This document shows, one piece after another, positions 27,438-36,590 of a stretch of DNA of 57,594 nt. This stretch comes from an uncultured Prolixibacteraceae bacterium (GTDB lineage: Bacteria > Bacteroidota > Bacteroidia > Bacteroidales > FEN-979). The stretch lies in the NCBI GenBank assembly GCA_964355115.1, contig CAYHCQ010000004.1:1-57594 (forward strand), read 5' to 3'. The stretch's first letter is position 1, and every line of letters starts with the position of its first letter. The notes under the pieces were generated by a model. That model was not told where the DNA came from, did no database searches, and saw nothing but the letters and a program-made list of their open reading frames with translations. The position numbers were made by a program, and so were the translations under genes.

Positions 27438-29246
27438 TTAGCCGTTGGTTAAACAGGCTTCCGGTACCGGAAGTTCTTTAAGCTCTGTTTCCAGCAGTTG
27501 GAGGTCTGCCAGAAACTTCGAACGCGATGTTCCGAATTTCTCCTTAACACCGTTAAACATTGACTTATAATAGGTCACTCCCTGATTCAGGTTATCGCGG
27601 AATGTGATAAAATATTCAGATTGTTTATCGGTATATGGCCGGTCCGTATCCTTAAGTTTTTTGCGCAAATAATCAATGTAGAGCTGCAATTCCTTGATAA
27701 ACATGTTGGGCCTGTCGGTACGTTTGATAACATTGATCCTGCCATAGATATGATCGACGATCTGCCTGAGCGACATTACCTCACCGAAATAGGCCATGTT
27801 CGGACCAGGGCAGATGGAAACGCCCTCTTTTTCGATTCTGGTATCCAGGTTATTCACCAGAAGGGCAGAGGTGCCAAGTCCGACGCATATGCATGATTTT
27901 TCCACGATACCGTTATAGGCTTCCCTGTGTTCCCCGGGAGGAAGTCCCAAAGAATCCAGTTCCTTTATCTTCAGGCGCTGGTATTTCCTCGATGCGATAC
28001 AAATCGGTTTTTCGGTAAACTCGTGACTGAGTGCTGCAATGGTTTTTGAGCAGGGATTTCCGGGTTTGCCTTCTTCGATATATACCTCTTTTTCAATATC
28101 CTTGGTGTTACCGCGCAGGTTATTGAAAGGTACTCCGAGAGGCGAGATATCACTCAGGTAAAGATCTTCTTCTGTTGCATTCTTCAGAAGGTTAAGCGTG
28201 TGGTCATCAACATTGACCACTTCAGGCACCAGGAGAAAAGGCGTTCCCCAACCTACCGAATCAAGCTGGTAATGTTCGGCCATAAAGTTGTGCTCGGTTG
28301 ATGTTCCAACGCCACCCTGGGCAGTAATCTTAATGGTCATTGGTTGTTCAGGAGCCGGACGGCCTTTAAGTCTGAGGCCAGACACAAATATGGCATGGGT
28401 CTCTTTAATGAGTGATTGGCGGTTGATTTTGAACTCTTCCAGAATCGGTCCGAGAAGGTAGCCGGCAGAGGGGAAGGCATGACCTCCACAGTTCAAACCA
28501 GATTCAACCCGGTATTCCGAAACCCACAGTCCTTTTTTAGCCAGGTATTTGCCCTGGATCAATGCAGACCTGTAATCGCTGACCTTCAGCGTAATTTTTT
28601 TCTTCAGGTGCATCTTTGCATCCGGGTAAAACTCCTCAAAACTCTCAAGGTAACTATAGAGCCGGGGATTCATGCCAGCGGAAAGTACGACAGAAGACTG
28701 CAGCCGGCTCCTGGCAAATCCGCGAAGGGCCGCGTGTGCATCATTATATTCAACAGACAGCTGAGTATTCCCGATATAATTTTCCTTGTCCACCTTAGTC
28801 ATGATATTCACATCGATGTTACCCATCGACAGATTTTCATGAATCCAATCCTTCACATCTTTGATATTCCAGTTCTTTTTCATCTCTTCAAACTTTAATT
28901 TGAGCTGAGAAGAATCCGGTAACATCTCCATATATTTATGGAATTCGCTGCTTTTCTGCTGAAATGTGGCCTTTACCTCTTCAAATTTATCTTTCGCAAT
29001 TTTATCAACAAGGTTAAGGTAAGCGGTAATGCGCTTGGCCCTGAAATCATCAATTTTTTCGGAAATCTCCTGAAATGGAATGTCGAATTTCTCACTATAG
29101 AACTCCCGCATTTTCTCCATCAGCATATCGTCGAGGAGCGATATCACTGAAGAGATGCCAAGGTGCGCAACTTTTGCCGGGGTATCAATTGAATACCCGA
29201 TACCCAGAACCGGTATGTGAAAGGAATGCGGAGTCAGGTTATTCAT
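27438..29246 (-). CDS. Conserved hypothetical 602-aa protein, possibly FMN/TIM-barrel oxidoreductase-like
   Basis: There is no signal peptide. The motifs ESGLNCGGHAF and ITAQGGVGTSTEH loosely recall the FabK/nitronate-monooxygenase EAGGH and AGGI motifs. This is a weak, unaided comparison. Confidence 0.4.
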   Translation of the reverse strand: MNNLTPHSFHIPVLGIGYSIDTPAKVAHLGISSVISLLDDMLMEKMREFYSEKFDIPFQEISEKIDDFRAKRITAYLNLVDKIAKDKFEEVKATFQQKSSEFHKYMEMLPDSSQLKLKFEEMKKNWNIKDVKDWIHENLSMGNIDVNIMTKVDKENYIGNTQLSVEYNDAHAALRGFARSRLQSSVVLSAGMNPRLYSYLESFEEFYPDAKMHLKKKITLKVSDYRSALIQGKYLAKKGLWVSEYRVESGLNCGGHAFPSAGYLLGPILEEFKINRQSLIKETHAIFVSGLRLKGRPAPEQPMTIKITAQGGVGTSTEHNFMAEHYQLDSVGWGTPFLLVPEVVNVDDHTLNLLKNATEEDLYLSDISPLGVPFNNLRGNTKDIEKEVYIEEGKPGNPCSKTIAALSHEFTEKPICIASRKYQRLKIKELDSLGLPPGEHREAYNGIVEKSCICVGLGTSALLVNNLDTRIEKEGVSICPGPNMAYFGEVMSLRQIVDHIYGRINVIKRTDRPNMFIKELQLYIDYLRKKLKDTDRPYTDKQSEYFITFRDNLNQGVTYYKSMFNGVKEKFGTSRSKFLADLQLLETELKELPVPEACLTNG

Positions 29247-29299
29247 GATTCGGATTTAGCGGATTATAAGCAATCAGTTGCAAAGATACAACAAAATCA

Positions 29300-31681
29300 T
29301 CAGAATTGAATCCGCCATGTACCCATTGGAAAAAATCCCATTGTAAAGAAATCCCTGATCTCTCCTGTCTGTGGGTTGATGCGCTGAAGGCTGATGTTGG
29401 TATAGCTTGTCCGGTACTGCAGGTCGAGCATGAATTCGATGTTGTAGGAAGGCAGGTTTCTCTTAACCCCGAACCGGAACGACACCCTTTTGTATTCGGG
29501 AAACCGCGGCTCATAAGCTTGATCCCAGTCGTACATTACTTCGCCCGAAGCAACTGTTGCATCAACATCGTACGGTATGTAAGGGCTACCTCCTGCCAAA
29601 GTTGCCCTGAGGCCGAACGACATAACGCCCCACCTCTTTTTACCCATTACGAATTCGTATCCGCCCACGGCATTAAGTGCATAGTTAACGTTGAATGCCG
29701 AGTTCCGGGGTATTTCATCGTAGGCTGAATAGGTTGAATTGAACAGGGAGGCAGTAAGCAAAAAGTAGTAATTTTTTTGCATAAATCGCTCAAAGGTGAA
29801 TTCCAGTCCATAGTTCTGTCCGGTGCCAAGGTTGATCAGGCTGTCGGAATATTGCCGGTTGACAAAAAATGAATGTCCCTCATTACTTAGTGCGTATTGA
29901 GGTATCGAGGCCTTGACAGGGATGTCGTAAAGAAACTGGTAGTATGCTTCGGTACGGAATCGCAGATTGCGTGTCAGCAGATAGTTCCATCCCAAGGCAC
30001 ATTGAGCATTCCGGGAGTAGCCCAGGTTGATATTCGGCTGTGTGACAGCTCCATCCGGCTGGTGTGCAAGAATGAAGTAGATCACCCTTGGTTGCATCTG
30101 ACTGTAAAGGCCGGCTCCGAAACTGAGGGTATGTTCATCAGTAACAAACCAGTCGAGACCAAGCCTTGGCTCCAGGGCCCAGGAGTTGTTCAGTGTCAGG
30201 AAAGAGCTGTAGAAACCTGCATTGGAGGTGAATTTCGCGCCGAAACGGTGCTGCCATTGCACAAATCCTCTGAAGAAATGCATCGATTCGTGGCTGCCTG
30301 TATTCACAAGGAAGCTGCTTTTATACATCATGCTGTCGGCGAATGACATATGATAGTAATCCCAGTTAAATCCTGCTTCCAGAGAATTTTCTGCAGAGAA
30401 TTTCTTTATCAGATGGCTCGACAGGGCATATTTTACTTCAGTAGAGAGTTCACCTGCCCATGGGGACGGTGTCTGAACAATATTTGAAAAGGTGTCAATT
30501 TTTGTAAACACCTTAGAGCCCACTACATACAACATGTTTTTCCATCGAAGAGAGGGATTGAGGAATATCTGGTGGGTGATTCCCAGCACACCCAGATCGG
30601 AGCCATTTGATAAGTCTTCACCATAATCGGGAAAGGTCCATTCCGACTGATCGTTACGGCTGTCATACAATTCTATATAACTGGTTCCCTCGATGGCGGT
30701 GACTGTGAAAGTACCGGATTTTCTGGTAGGTATTGTAATTTTCAGGTTAACGTCCTGATACTTGGGAACAATCCCTGTATTGACCCCGAGGAGGTTCAGG
30801 AACTGGAGAGGGGAGTATCGGAATGAAAATAGGTAAGATGCCTGAGATTTTTTCGAAAACGGCCCTTCTGTACCGAATTCGAGTCCGTTCCATCCGACCT
30901 GGAACCAGTATTCATGTTGTTCGTTGTTTCCATTGCGCAACCGCATATCGAAAATTCCTGCCAGCGTGTTGCCGTATTGCGCAGGGAAGGCACCGGTAAA
31001 AAAATCGGAATTTGCCAGGAGGTTATTATTCAGCACGGTAACCGGACCACCCGTGGTTCCGACGGCAGCAAAATGGTTGGGATTCGGGATTTCCATCTCA
31101 TCGATGCGCCACTGCATGCCCATTGGAGAGTTGCCACGCACGATGATGTCGTTGCGGTTATCAATTCCGGAGGTAACGCCGGCAAAGTTGGCAGCCATCC
31201 TAGCGGGATCGTTGTAGCTGCCGGCAAACCTGAAGGTTTCGTCAACACTGAACGACCTGACGCTAACGGTGGCCATTTTATTGATGGCTTCGTATTTCCT
31301 GTAATCCGATTTTATCTCTACTTCCCCTGCGGTAACAACCATCTCCTGTAGGTACACTGTAAGAGAAGATTCCCTTCCGCTGCTTACGATTACCGGGTCG
31401 GAAACATAGGGTGCATAACCAACATATGTTACCTTCAGTTCATATTTCCCGATGGGGATATTTTCGAGTCTGAACGTTCCGTCAGTGTTGGTGGAGGTAC
31501 CTGCCGAAACCGGGGAGTTAATGACAATGATGGTAGCGCCGGGCATCGGTGAGAGCGTTTGTTTGTCAAGCACTGTTCCGCGGATGGATGAGAAGATTAC
31601 CTGCTGAGCCACGAGTGAACAGGCTAAAGAAGTCGCTAAAAGGAGAAGCAGGGTTCGTTGAAGAAAAAACCTGGTGGGCAT
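29300..31681 (-). CDS. TonB-dependent receptor-like outer-membrane protein with CarboxypepD_reg N-terminal domain
   Basis: 793 aa with a signal peptide. The regulatory domain is IRGTVLDKQTLSPMPGATIIV...GTFRLENIPIGKYELKVTYVGY, followed by a plug-like region and a long beta-barrel ending ...GTWRIQF. Confidence 0.8.
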   Translation of the reverse strand: MPTRFFLQRTLLLLLATSLACSLVAQQVIFSSIRGTVLDKQTLSPMPGATIIVINSPVSAGTSTNTDGTFRLENIPIGKYELKVTYVGYAPYVSDPVIVSSGRESSLTVYLQEMVVTAGEVEIKSDYRKYEAINKMATVSVRSFSVDETFRFAGSYNDPARMAANFAGVTSGIDNRNDIIVRGNSPMGMQWRIDEMEIPNPNHFAAVGTTGGPVTVLNNNLLANSDFFTGAFPAQYGNTLAGIFDMRLRNGNNEQHEYWFQVGWNGLEFGTEGPFSKKSQASYLFSFRYSPLQFLNLLGVNTGIVPKYQDVNLKITIPTRKSGTFTVTAIEGTSYIELYDSRNDQSEWTFPDYGEDLSNGSDLGVLGITHQIFLNPSLRWKNMLYVVGSKVFTKIDTFSNIVQTPSPWAGELSTEVKYALSSHLIKKFSAENSLEAGFNWDYYHMSFADSMMYKSSFLVNTGSHESMHFFRGFVQWQHRFGAKFTSNAGFYSSFLTLNNSWALEPRLGLDWFVTDEHTLSFGAGLYSQMQPRVIYFILAHQPDGAVTQPNINLGYSRNAQCALGWNYLLTRNLRFRTEAYYQFLYDIPVKASIPQYALSNEGHSFFVNRQYSDSLINLGTGQNYGLEFTFERFMQKNYYFLLTASLFNSTYSAYDEIPRNSAFNVNYALNAVGGYEFVMGKKRWGVMSFGLRATLAGGSPYIPYDVDATVASGEVMYDWDQAYEPRFPEYKRVSFRFGVKRNLPSYNIEFMLDLQYRTSYTNISLQRINPQTGEIRDFFTMGFFPMGTWRIQF

Positions 31682-31702
31682 GCTGTAAAGATAGGAAGAA
31701 AA

Positions 31703-32089
31703 TTATTCTTCCATCATGCGTTCAACCTCTGCAGGTGCAAGACGCTGCCATTTAGGTGAGATGAATTTCTCACCATCCCAGTCAAAGGTTACAAGGTCGA
31801 AGGTTTCTTCATAGAAGGCAAGTTTGCTTCCCATGTCGGGTGTATGTTCCACGAAAATAAAGTCGTTGTGATTACACTTCTCTCCCAGCAGAATCTGCGT
31901 CGCCAGCGGGGCGCACCACTCTGTTACCGGCGTACCGGGATTTTGCCTGTATAATTCAGTCGCAATGGCAAGGAGTTTGCCGTCTTTCCGTTCAACTGTT
32001 TTCAACCCGCAGCGTGAAGGGCTTTCCCATATACCCAGGTAGTCGAAGTAGCGGTCCATGAAGTTGTTGAATTCGGGGTTGGTTTCCAT
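31703..32089 (-). CDS. Hypothetical cytoplasmic protein
   Basis: 128 aa, acidic, no motif recognised. Coding is inferred from tight spacing within the operon. Confidence 0.45.
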   Translation of the reverse strand: METNPEFNNFMDRYFDYLGIWESPSRCGLKTVERKDGKLLAIATELYRQNPGTPVTEWCAPLATQILLGEKCNHNDFIFVEHTPDMGSKLAFYEETFDLVTFDWDGEKFISPKWQRLAPAEVERMMEE

Positions 32090-32120
32090 AGGAAATGGTA
32101 AGATCTAAAATGGCAAAATT

Positions 32121-33392
32121 TTATGCGACTTTGATGACTTTTTTCCCGAAGCTTTCGTTAGCGATGTCGCGTCGGCGTGGGGTATAAGTCCCATCGGCTA
32201 CCTCGCGGGAAACTACCCGGTTGATGAGGTTGAACATCTTCATGGTTTGGGGTTCGTCCTTGTAGAAGGTATCCCAGGCATACTGGTATAACTCCTGCAA
32301 TCTTTCGGCCGACATATGTTTCGGGTGGTAAACAACCTTTCCGGCATTGTAATGGTTCCAGTCGGTATCAAAAATACGTCCCTGCTTAAGGAGATCGCTG
32401 TAGGCCTTGGTATGCGGGAATGGCGCCAGTACGGTAAACTCGGCAAGGTCAAGTTCGATTTCGAGGAGAAAATCAACGAGTCGTTTGATATCATCTTCGG
32501 TCTGGTTATCGAGGCCAAGCAAAATCGTTCCTTCAACTGCAATACCGTAATTATGATATTGCTTTATGCGGTTTTTTATGTAGTCGGATGTATCGAAAAC
32601 AGCCTGGTACACATACCATGCTCCGGCCTGGGCGGCAAGATCGAGCACCTCATCCTTGTCTTCGATGGTGTGACTTACCCACTTCTTCTTCAGGGGTATC
32701 ATGGCCTTAAAGAGGTCCTTTTCCCATTGTGTATCGAGTGCCAGTGAGTTGTCCACTATGAAGAGGCGGTTGTTGTCCATTTGCGAGAGTTCTTCCACCA
32801 CTCTGTCGATCGGCCGGGGGCGGAAGCCACGGCCACCCAGGTAACGAACAGCGCAGGGATAGCAATCGTAGATGCAGCCCCGCGATGCATGGAACAGGTC
32901 AACCATCCTGAATCCTTTGTGGTAGTATAGATCTTTCTTGAGGATATCCCTTCTGGCAGGACCGATCAGGTTCATGTCGGGAGGCTTTGTGAGGTAGTTG
33001 TATACCTTCTTCAGGTCGTTCTTTTTGAAGTCGTCGAAAACCTGATGAAGCCGTCCTTCAACTTCACCCAGGAACACTGAATCGGCGTGCTGCATTGCCT
33101 CTTCAGCATGTAACATTGTGGAGATACCCCCGAAGATGACCTTCTTCCCGAGTTTCCGGTACTGGTCGGCAATCTCCCAGCCTCTTTTTACCTGGGTTGT
33201 AAGCATTGTGGAGATCCCTACGAAATCGCAGTTGTCGTCGATCACAAGATCTTCAACGTTTTCGTCGGTAAAATCGACCTCAATATCGGATGGGATTTCG
33301 GCCGCCATAACCACCGGTCCGTGGGGCGGGAGGTAAAAGGTGGTTTGTCCTTCAAGTTTTTCCCAGCGCGGGTATATCAGTTTAAATTTCAT
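32121..33392 (-). CDS. Cobalamin-binding-domain radical SAM protein (class B rSAM)
   Basis: 423 aa. N-terminal B12-domain-like CDFVGISTMLTTQ...KKVIFGGI, plus the 4Fe-4S motif SRGCIYDCYPC (CX3CX2C). Confidence 0.85.
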   Translation of the reverse strand: MKFKLIYPRWEKLEGQTTFYLPPHGPVVMAAEIPSDIEVDFTDENVEDLVIDDNCDFVGISTMLTTQVKRGWEIADQYRKLGKKVIFGGISTMLHAEEAMQHADSVFLGEVEGRLHQVFDDFKKNDLKKVYNYLTKPPDMNLIGPARRDILKKDLYYHKGFRMVDLFHASRGCIYDCYPCAVRYLGGRGFRPRPIDRVVEELSQMDNNRLFIVDNSLALDTQWEKDLFKAMIPLKKKWVSHTIEDKDEVLDLAAQAGAWYVYQAVFDTSDYIKNRIKQYHNYGIAVEGTILLGLDNQTEDDIKRLVDFLLEIELDLAEFTVLAPFPHTKAYSDLLKQGRIFDTDWNHYNAGKVVYHPKHMSAERLQELYQYAWDTFYKDEPQTMKMFNLINRVVSREVADGTYTPRRRDIANESFGKKVIKVA

Positions 33393-35101
33393 TGTTCGTT
33401 TATTTGCATTTCAATATTACAATCAGCCAGTCTCCGGATTATGGCCTCCTTTTCTGACCATCGCGGGATCACTTTTTGCAGAGCGAGACGATAATTCCCG
33501 GCTGCTGCAGCCCAATCCTCCGTCAGGAAATAGTAATCTCCCGTCAGGGCATATACTTCAAAACTTTCGGTGTTTGAAGCCTTGAATTCATCCAGGAAAG
33601 AACCCGTGATGGTTCCGGTTTGCCTCTTTTTCAAGGCAGATGTCAAAGTTTTCCGCATCTGTTTAAAATGCAGGAATTGGTTAAATTCTGCCGAGTTCAG
33701 GAACGGATCGGGTGGGATCATACGACCGGTTTCCGTAATCTCCGTTTTCTGCTGAAGCGCGGCAAAGTTATTAAAAATTTTACACAGGTCGTAACATGCA
33801 TACGATCCGATTTGCCAGGGGCCGGCAGAGACCCACACAAGCCGCTCCGATGGCTGGAATATTACCGAATGGTGGGCGATCAGCTGATTAATGGCCTTTT
33901 CATTGCCCATCCCGATGGAGGCCTCGTTCAGTCCCTTCTGGTCGCGCAACACCGCGGCAAAGGTGGATACATCGAGCGGGGTACTGTTTGTAATCTTTTG
34001 CCTGAGTCTTTTCTGCCTGTAAACCGATGCATTTTCCAATTTGTTGCTGATGTTCAGCTGGTCATCCTCAAAAACCTGCGACTGGAAATGGTTGGCACAG
34101 GTAATATTATCGGAAACCGGCATGACCAGGGCAATCTTGAAAGGCGATTTCTCAATGATGGCAGCTTTGTTGTCGGCAGCCGAGCCAACCATTATCGATT
34201 CAGAAACGAATGTCTCCCTTTTTTGTGCAATAGCCCAGGCTTCGCTGATGTTTCCGGCATACTGAAGGATCTCGCGGGCAAGTATCGAGATCGGGGTCCG
34301 GGCAGAGTAGGGAGTTTCAGATTTTGCGGCATTGATGGTGACGGTAAGACCTTTCATGTTCATTCCTGAAACGGTTCCGATCATCCCGCCCCAGGTTACC
34401 ATCATGAAAGGAATCCCGGATTCAGGTTTTTCGAAGCAGACTATTTTGTTCTCTGCAAACTCGTCACCGGCAAAGAAATCGAAATTCCGGCCGATGATCA
34501 GCGAGCCATCTTTTGTATCGCCTCCCCAGGCCCCGAAACTGGTACACCCAACGAGGGCAAAGTCCTGCAGCGCATGACCGATGTCGTGAGCAGAATGGTA
34601 ATTGAGCATTCGCTGGTAGGGATTACCAATAAAGGAGAACTTGTCGGAGGCTGATAGTGATATCCCGTAAATTTCGAGCTTATACTCTTCAGGGATGTTT
34701 TTATCAAGGTCGCGGTTGAACCAGAAGATGAAATATTTAAGGAAGCGAAGGTAAAAATCCGAGGGGACCATCTCGCGGATCCGGTCAGTAAAAGCCTGTT
34801 CCTGCTTCTCTATAAGGAGTTCCGAGAGTTTACCGTTGATCACTCCCCGGTCAAAGGGCTTGCCTTCGAGGTACATTTCCCAGAGTCCGGAATTGCCCTG
34901 CTGGAGCCAGTTTCTCCCCACTGAGCGGAAGCCCGGAGAAACGGTCGTCACTTTCAGCCCGGCTGCACTGATATCAGGAGGTTTGGGCAGCGCGATCCGT
35001 GTAGCGAAGAAAAACCATATGACCAGGATCAGGATCAAACCGACGACAGCTCCAAGCGATATCAGGAATCGCTTTACCCACCTCAGTTTTCGCTCAGCCA
35101 T
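33389..35101 (-). CDS. Membrane-anchored peptidase C45 / acyl-CoA:6-APA acyltransferase-like Ntn hydrolase with C-terminal TPR-like tail
   Basis: 570 aa with an N-terminal TM. The Ntn-type nucleophile context LVGCTSFGAWGGDTKDGSLIIGRNFDF is present. Confidence 0.65.
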   Translation of the reverse strand: MAERKLRWVKRFLISLGAVVGLILILVIWFFFATRIALPKPPDISAAGLKVTTVSPGFRSVGRNWLQQGNSGLWEMYLEGKPFDRGVINGKLSELLIEKQEQAFTDRIREMVPSDFYLRFLKYFIFWFNRDLDKNIPEEYKLEIYGISLSASDKFSFIGNPYQRMLNYHSAHDIGHALQDFALVGCTSFGAWGGDTKDGSLIIGRNFDFFAGDEFAENKIVCFEKPESGIPFMMVTWGGMIGTVSGMNMKGLTVTINAAKSETPYSARTPISILAREILQYAGNISEAWAIAQKRETFVSESIMVGSAADNKAAIIEKSPFKIALVMPVSDNITCANHFQSQVFEDDQLNISNKLENASVYRQKRLRQKITNSTPLDVSTFAAVLRDQKGLNEASIGMGNEKAINQLIAHHSVIFQPSERLVWVSAGPWQIGSYACYDLCKIFNNFAALQQKTEITETGRMIPPDPFLNSAEFNQFLHFKQMRKTLTSALKKRQTGTITGSFLDEFKASNTESFEVYALTGDYYFLTEDWAAAAGNYRLALQKVIPRWSEKEAIIRRLADCNIEMQINEQ

Positions 35102-36590
35102 TTTTAATTTTCTTTAACAGTGAATCAATCCCCAGAATCTCGCCACAGGTCATCACGGCGCCAATTGTTACTCCGAGAACTCCATGAAGGTTGATATTCT
35201 GTCCGGTAAAATAGAAATTAGGTATTTTCGTCCTGGGTGTCAAGGTGGTCATCAGTGTGTCCCGGTAATCTTTTATTATTCCGTACAGCGAACCATCAGG
35301 TGTTCCGGTATAATCGCGGTAGGTTAGGGGGGTGGAGATATCCATATGATCTATGGCGCCTTTCAGGGCAGGAAATGATCTTTCTGCGGCCTGAAGCAGT
35401 TTTTCTGCCTTGAGCTGCTTAAGATCGAGGTAATCGTTGCCTCTTTTACCAACCGTGGTATGCTCCCAGTTCAGGTAATCATGATAGTTGTCATAGGCAA
35501 GAACGGTTGCAGTGTCTGCAAACTCCTGGTTTTTTGTATCACACTGAGTTGAAAGAAAAAACATAGAACCCGGGCTCCCAACGGCTGCATGTCGCCAGAC
35601 ATCGGTTCCTTCGTGCACATGGTAGTTCCTGTTGAAGTAGGGGAAAACCCCTGGTTTAAGAGACAGGTGAAGAATAAAAGAGCCGGGTGTATTCCCGAGC
35701 GAACTGAGCCGCCTGCGATATGAGGAGCGCACCATGTCCTCCTTCATCATTTGCATGGTTTTCTGCGGATGAATCCCCGAGATAACAATGGAGGAGAGGA
35801 ACATCTCCCCATCATGTGTTTCGATCTGAAATTTTTGCCGGATCTTCCTGATGTTGGCCACCTTTTTGCCGTTAAGAAGGGTCCCGCCCCGGGCCTCCAT
35901 GTTTTTTACCAGAAGTTCGGCAATCTGAGAACTTCCACCAACAACACGATAGGCACCCGAAATAAATGAGTGGTTGATCATTGCGGCCATATGCAGGGGA
36001 GTGGCCTCGCTGCCTGCATAAAGATAATTATTTCCGGCAAGAATTGCAGACAGGGGGATACCAGACTTTGCTGACTTCACAGAACCTGCCAGCGACAGGT
36101 AATAATCCATCGCTCCGGCAGACCTGTACTGTTCCTCATCGTTCGTTCCCGGGACTTCAAGATTGTACAGCAGGGAGGATTCTGTAATGACCCGTAACTT
36201 TTCCATGTATGACTCCAACACCTCATAACAGCCAGGAAAGAAAGGAATAAGCTGATCCGTAAAGTTACCGGTATTCTGGGCCAGCGGAAATTCATCATCT
36301 CCAAAGCGGATCATGTCAAACCCATCAAGATCAAGTTGTTTCAGGGGAATAGCACCCGAAAGACCGAGATATTTCCAGTAGCGGTTGAGCGGCTGACCCT
36401 CACCTAGACTGCCGATGTAATGAACCCCTGTATCGAATGAGTGGCCATGCCGAACGAAAGATTGCAGATTTCCACCGGGTATTTGTTGCTTTTCGAGCAC
36501 ACACACACTAAAACCCTCTCTGCTCAGGATATTCCCGCAAATCAAACCGCCGAGACCACTTCCGATGATGAGGATATCAATATTCTTCAT
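35094..36590 (-). CDS. FAD-dependent oxidoreductase, phytoene desaturase (CrtI)-like
   Basis: 498 aa. Dinucleotide fold DILIIGSGLGGLICGNILSREGFSVCVLEK, with a C-terminal FYFTGQN... motif typical of CrtI-like amine-oxidase-fold enzymes. Confidence 0.85.
   Translation of the reverse strand: MKNIDILIIGSGLGGLICGNILSREGFSVCVLEKQQIPGGNLQSFVRHGHSFDTGVHYIGSLGEGQPLNRYWKYLGLSGAIPLKQLDLDGFDMIRFGDDEFPLAQNTGNFTDQLIPFFPGCYEVLESYMEKLRVITESSLLYNLEVPGTNDEEQYRSAGAMDYYLSLAGSVKSAKSGIPLSAILAGNNYLYAGSEATPLHMAAMINHSFISGAYRVVGGSSQIAELLVKNMEARGGTLLNGKKVANIRKIRQKFQIETHDGEMFLSSIVISGIHPQKTMQMMKEDMVRSSYRRRLSSLGNTPGSFILHLSLKPGVFPYFNRNYHVHEGTDVWRHAAVGSPGSMFFLSTQCDTKNQEFADTATVLAYDNYHDYLNWEHTTVGKRGNDYLDLKQLKAEKLLQAAERSFPALKGAIDHMDISTPLTYRDYTGTPDGSLYGIIKDYRDTLMTTLTPRTKIPNFYFTGQNINLHGVLGVTIGAVMTCGEILGIDSLLKKIKNG

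Noticed and set aside
31682-31702. Looked for a cobalamin riboswitch upstream of the TonB receptor and the rSAM genes.
   Set aside because: The intergenic gaps (21 nt here, about 31 nt before 32089, 80 nt at 41728-41807) are far too short for a cobalamin riboswitch of 150 nt or more.
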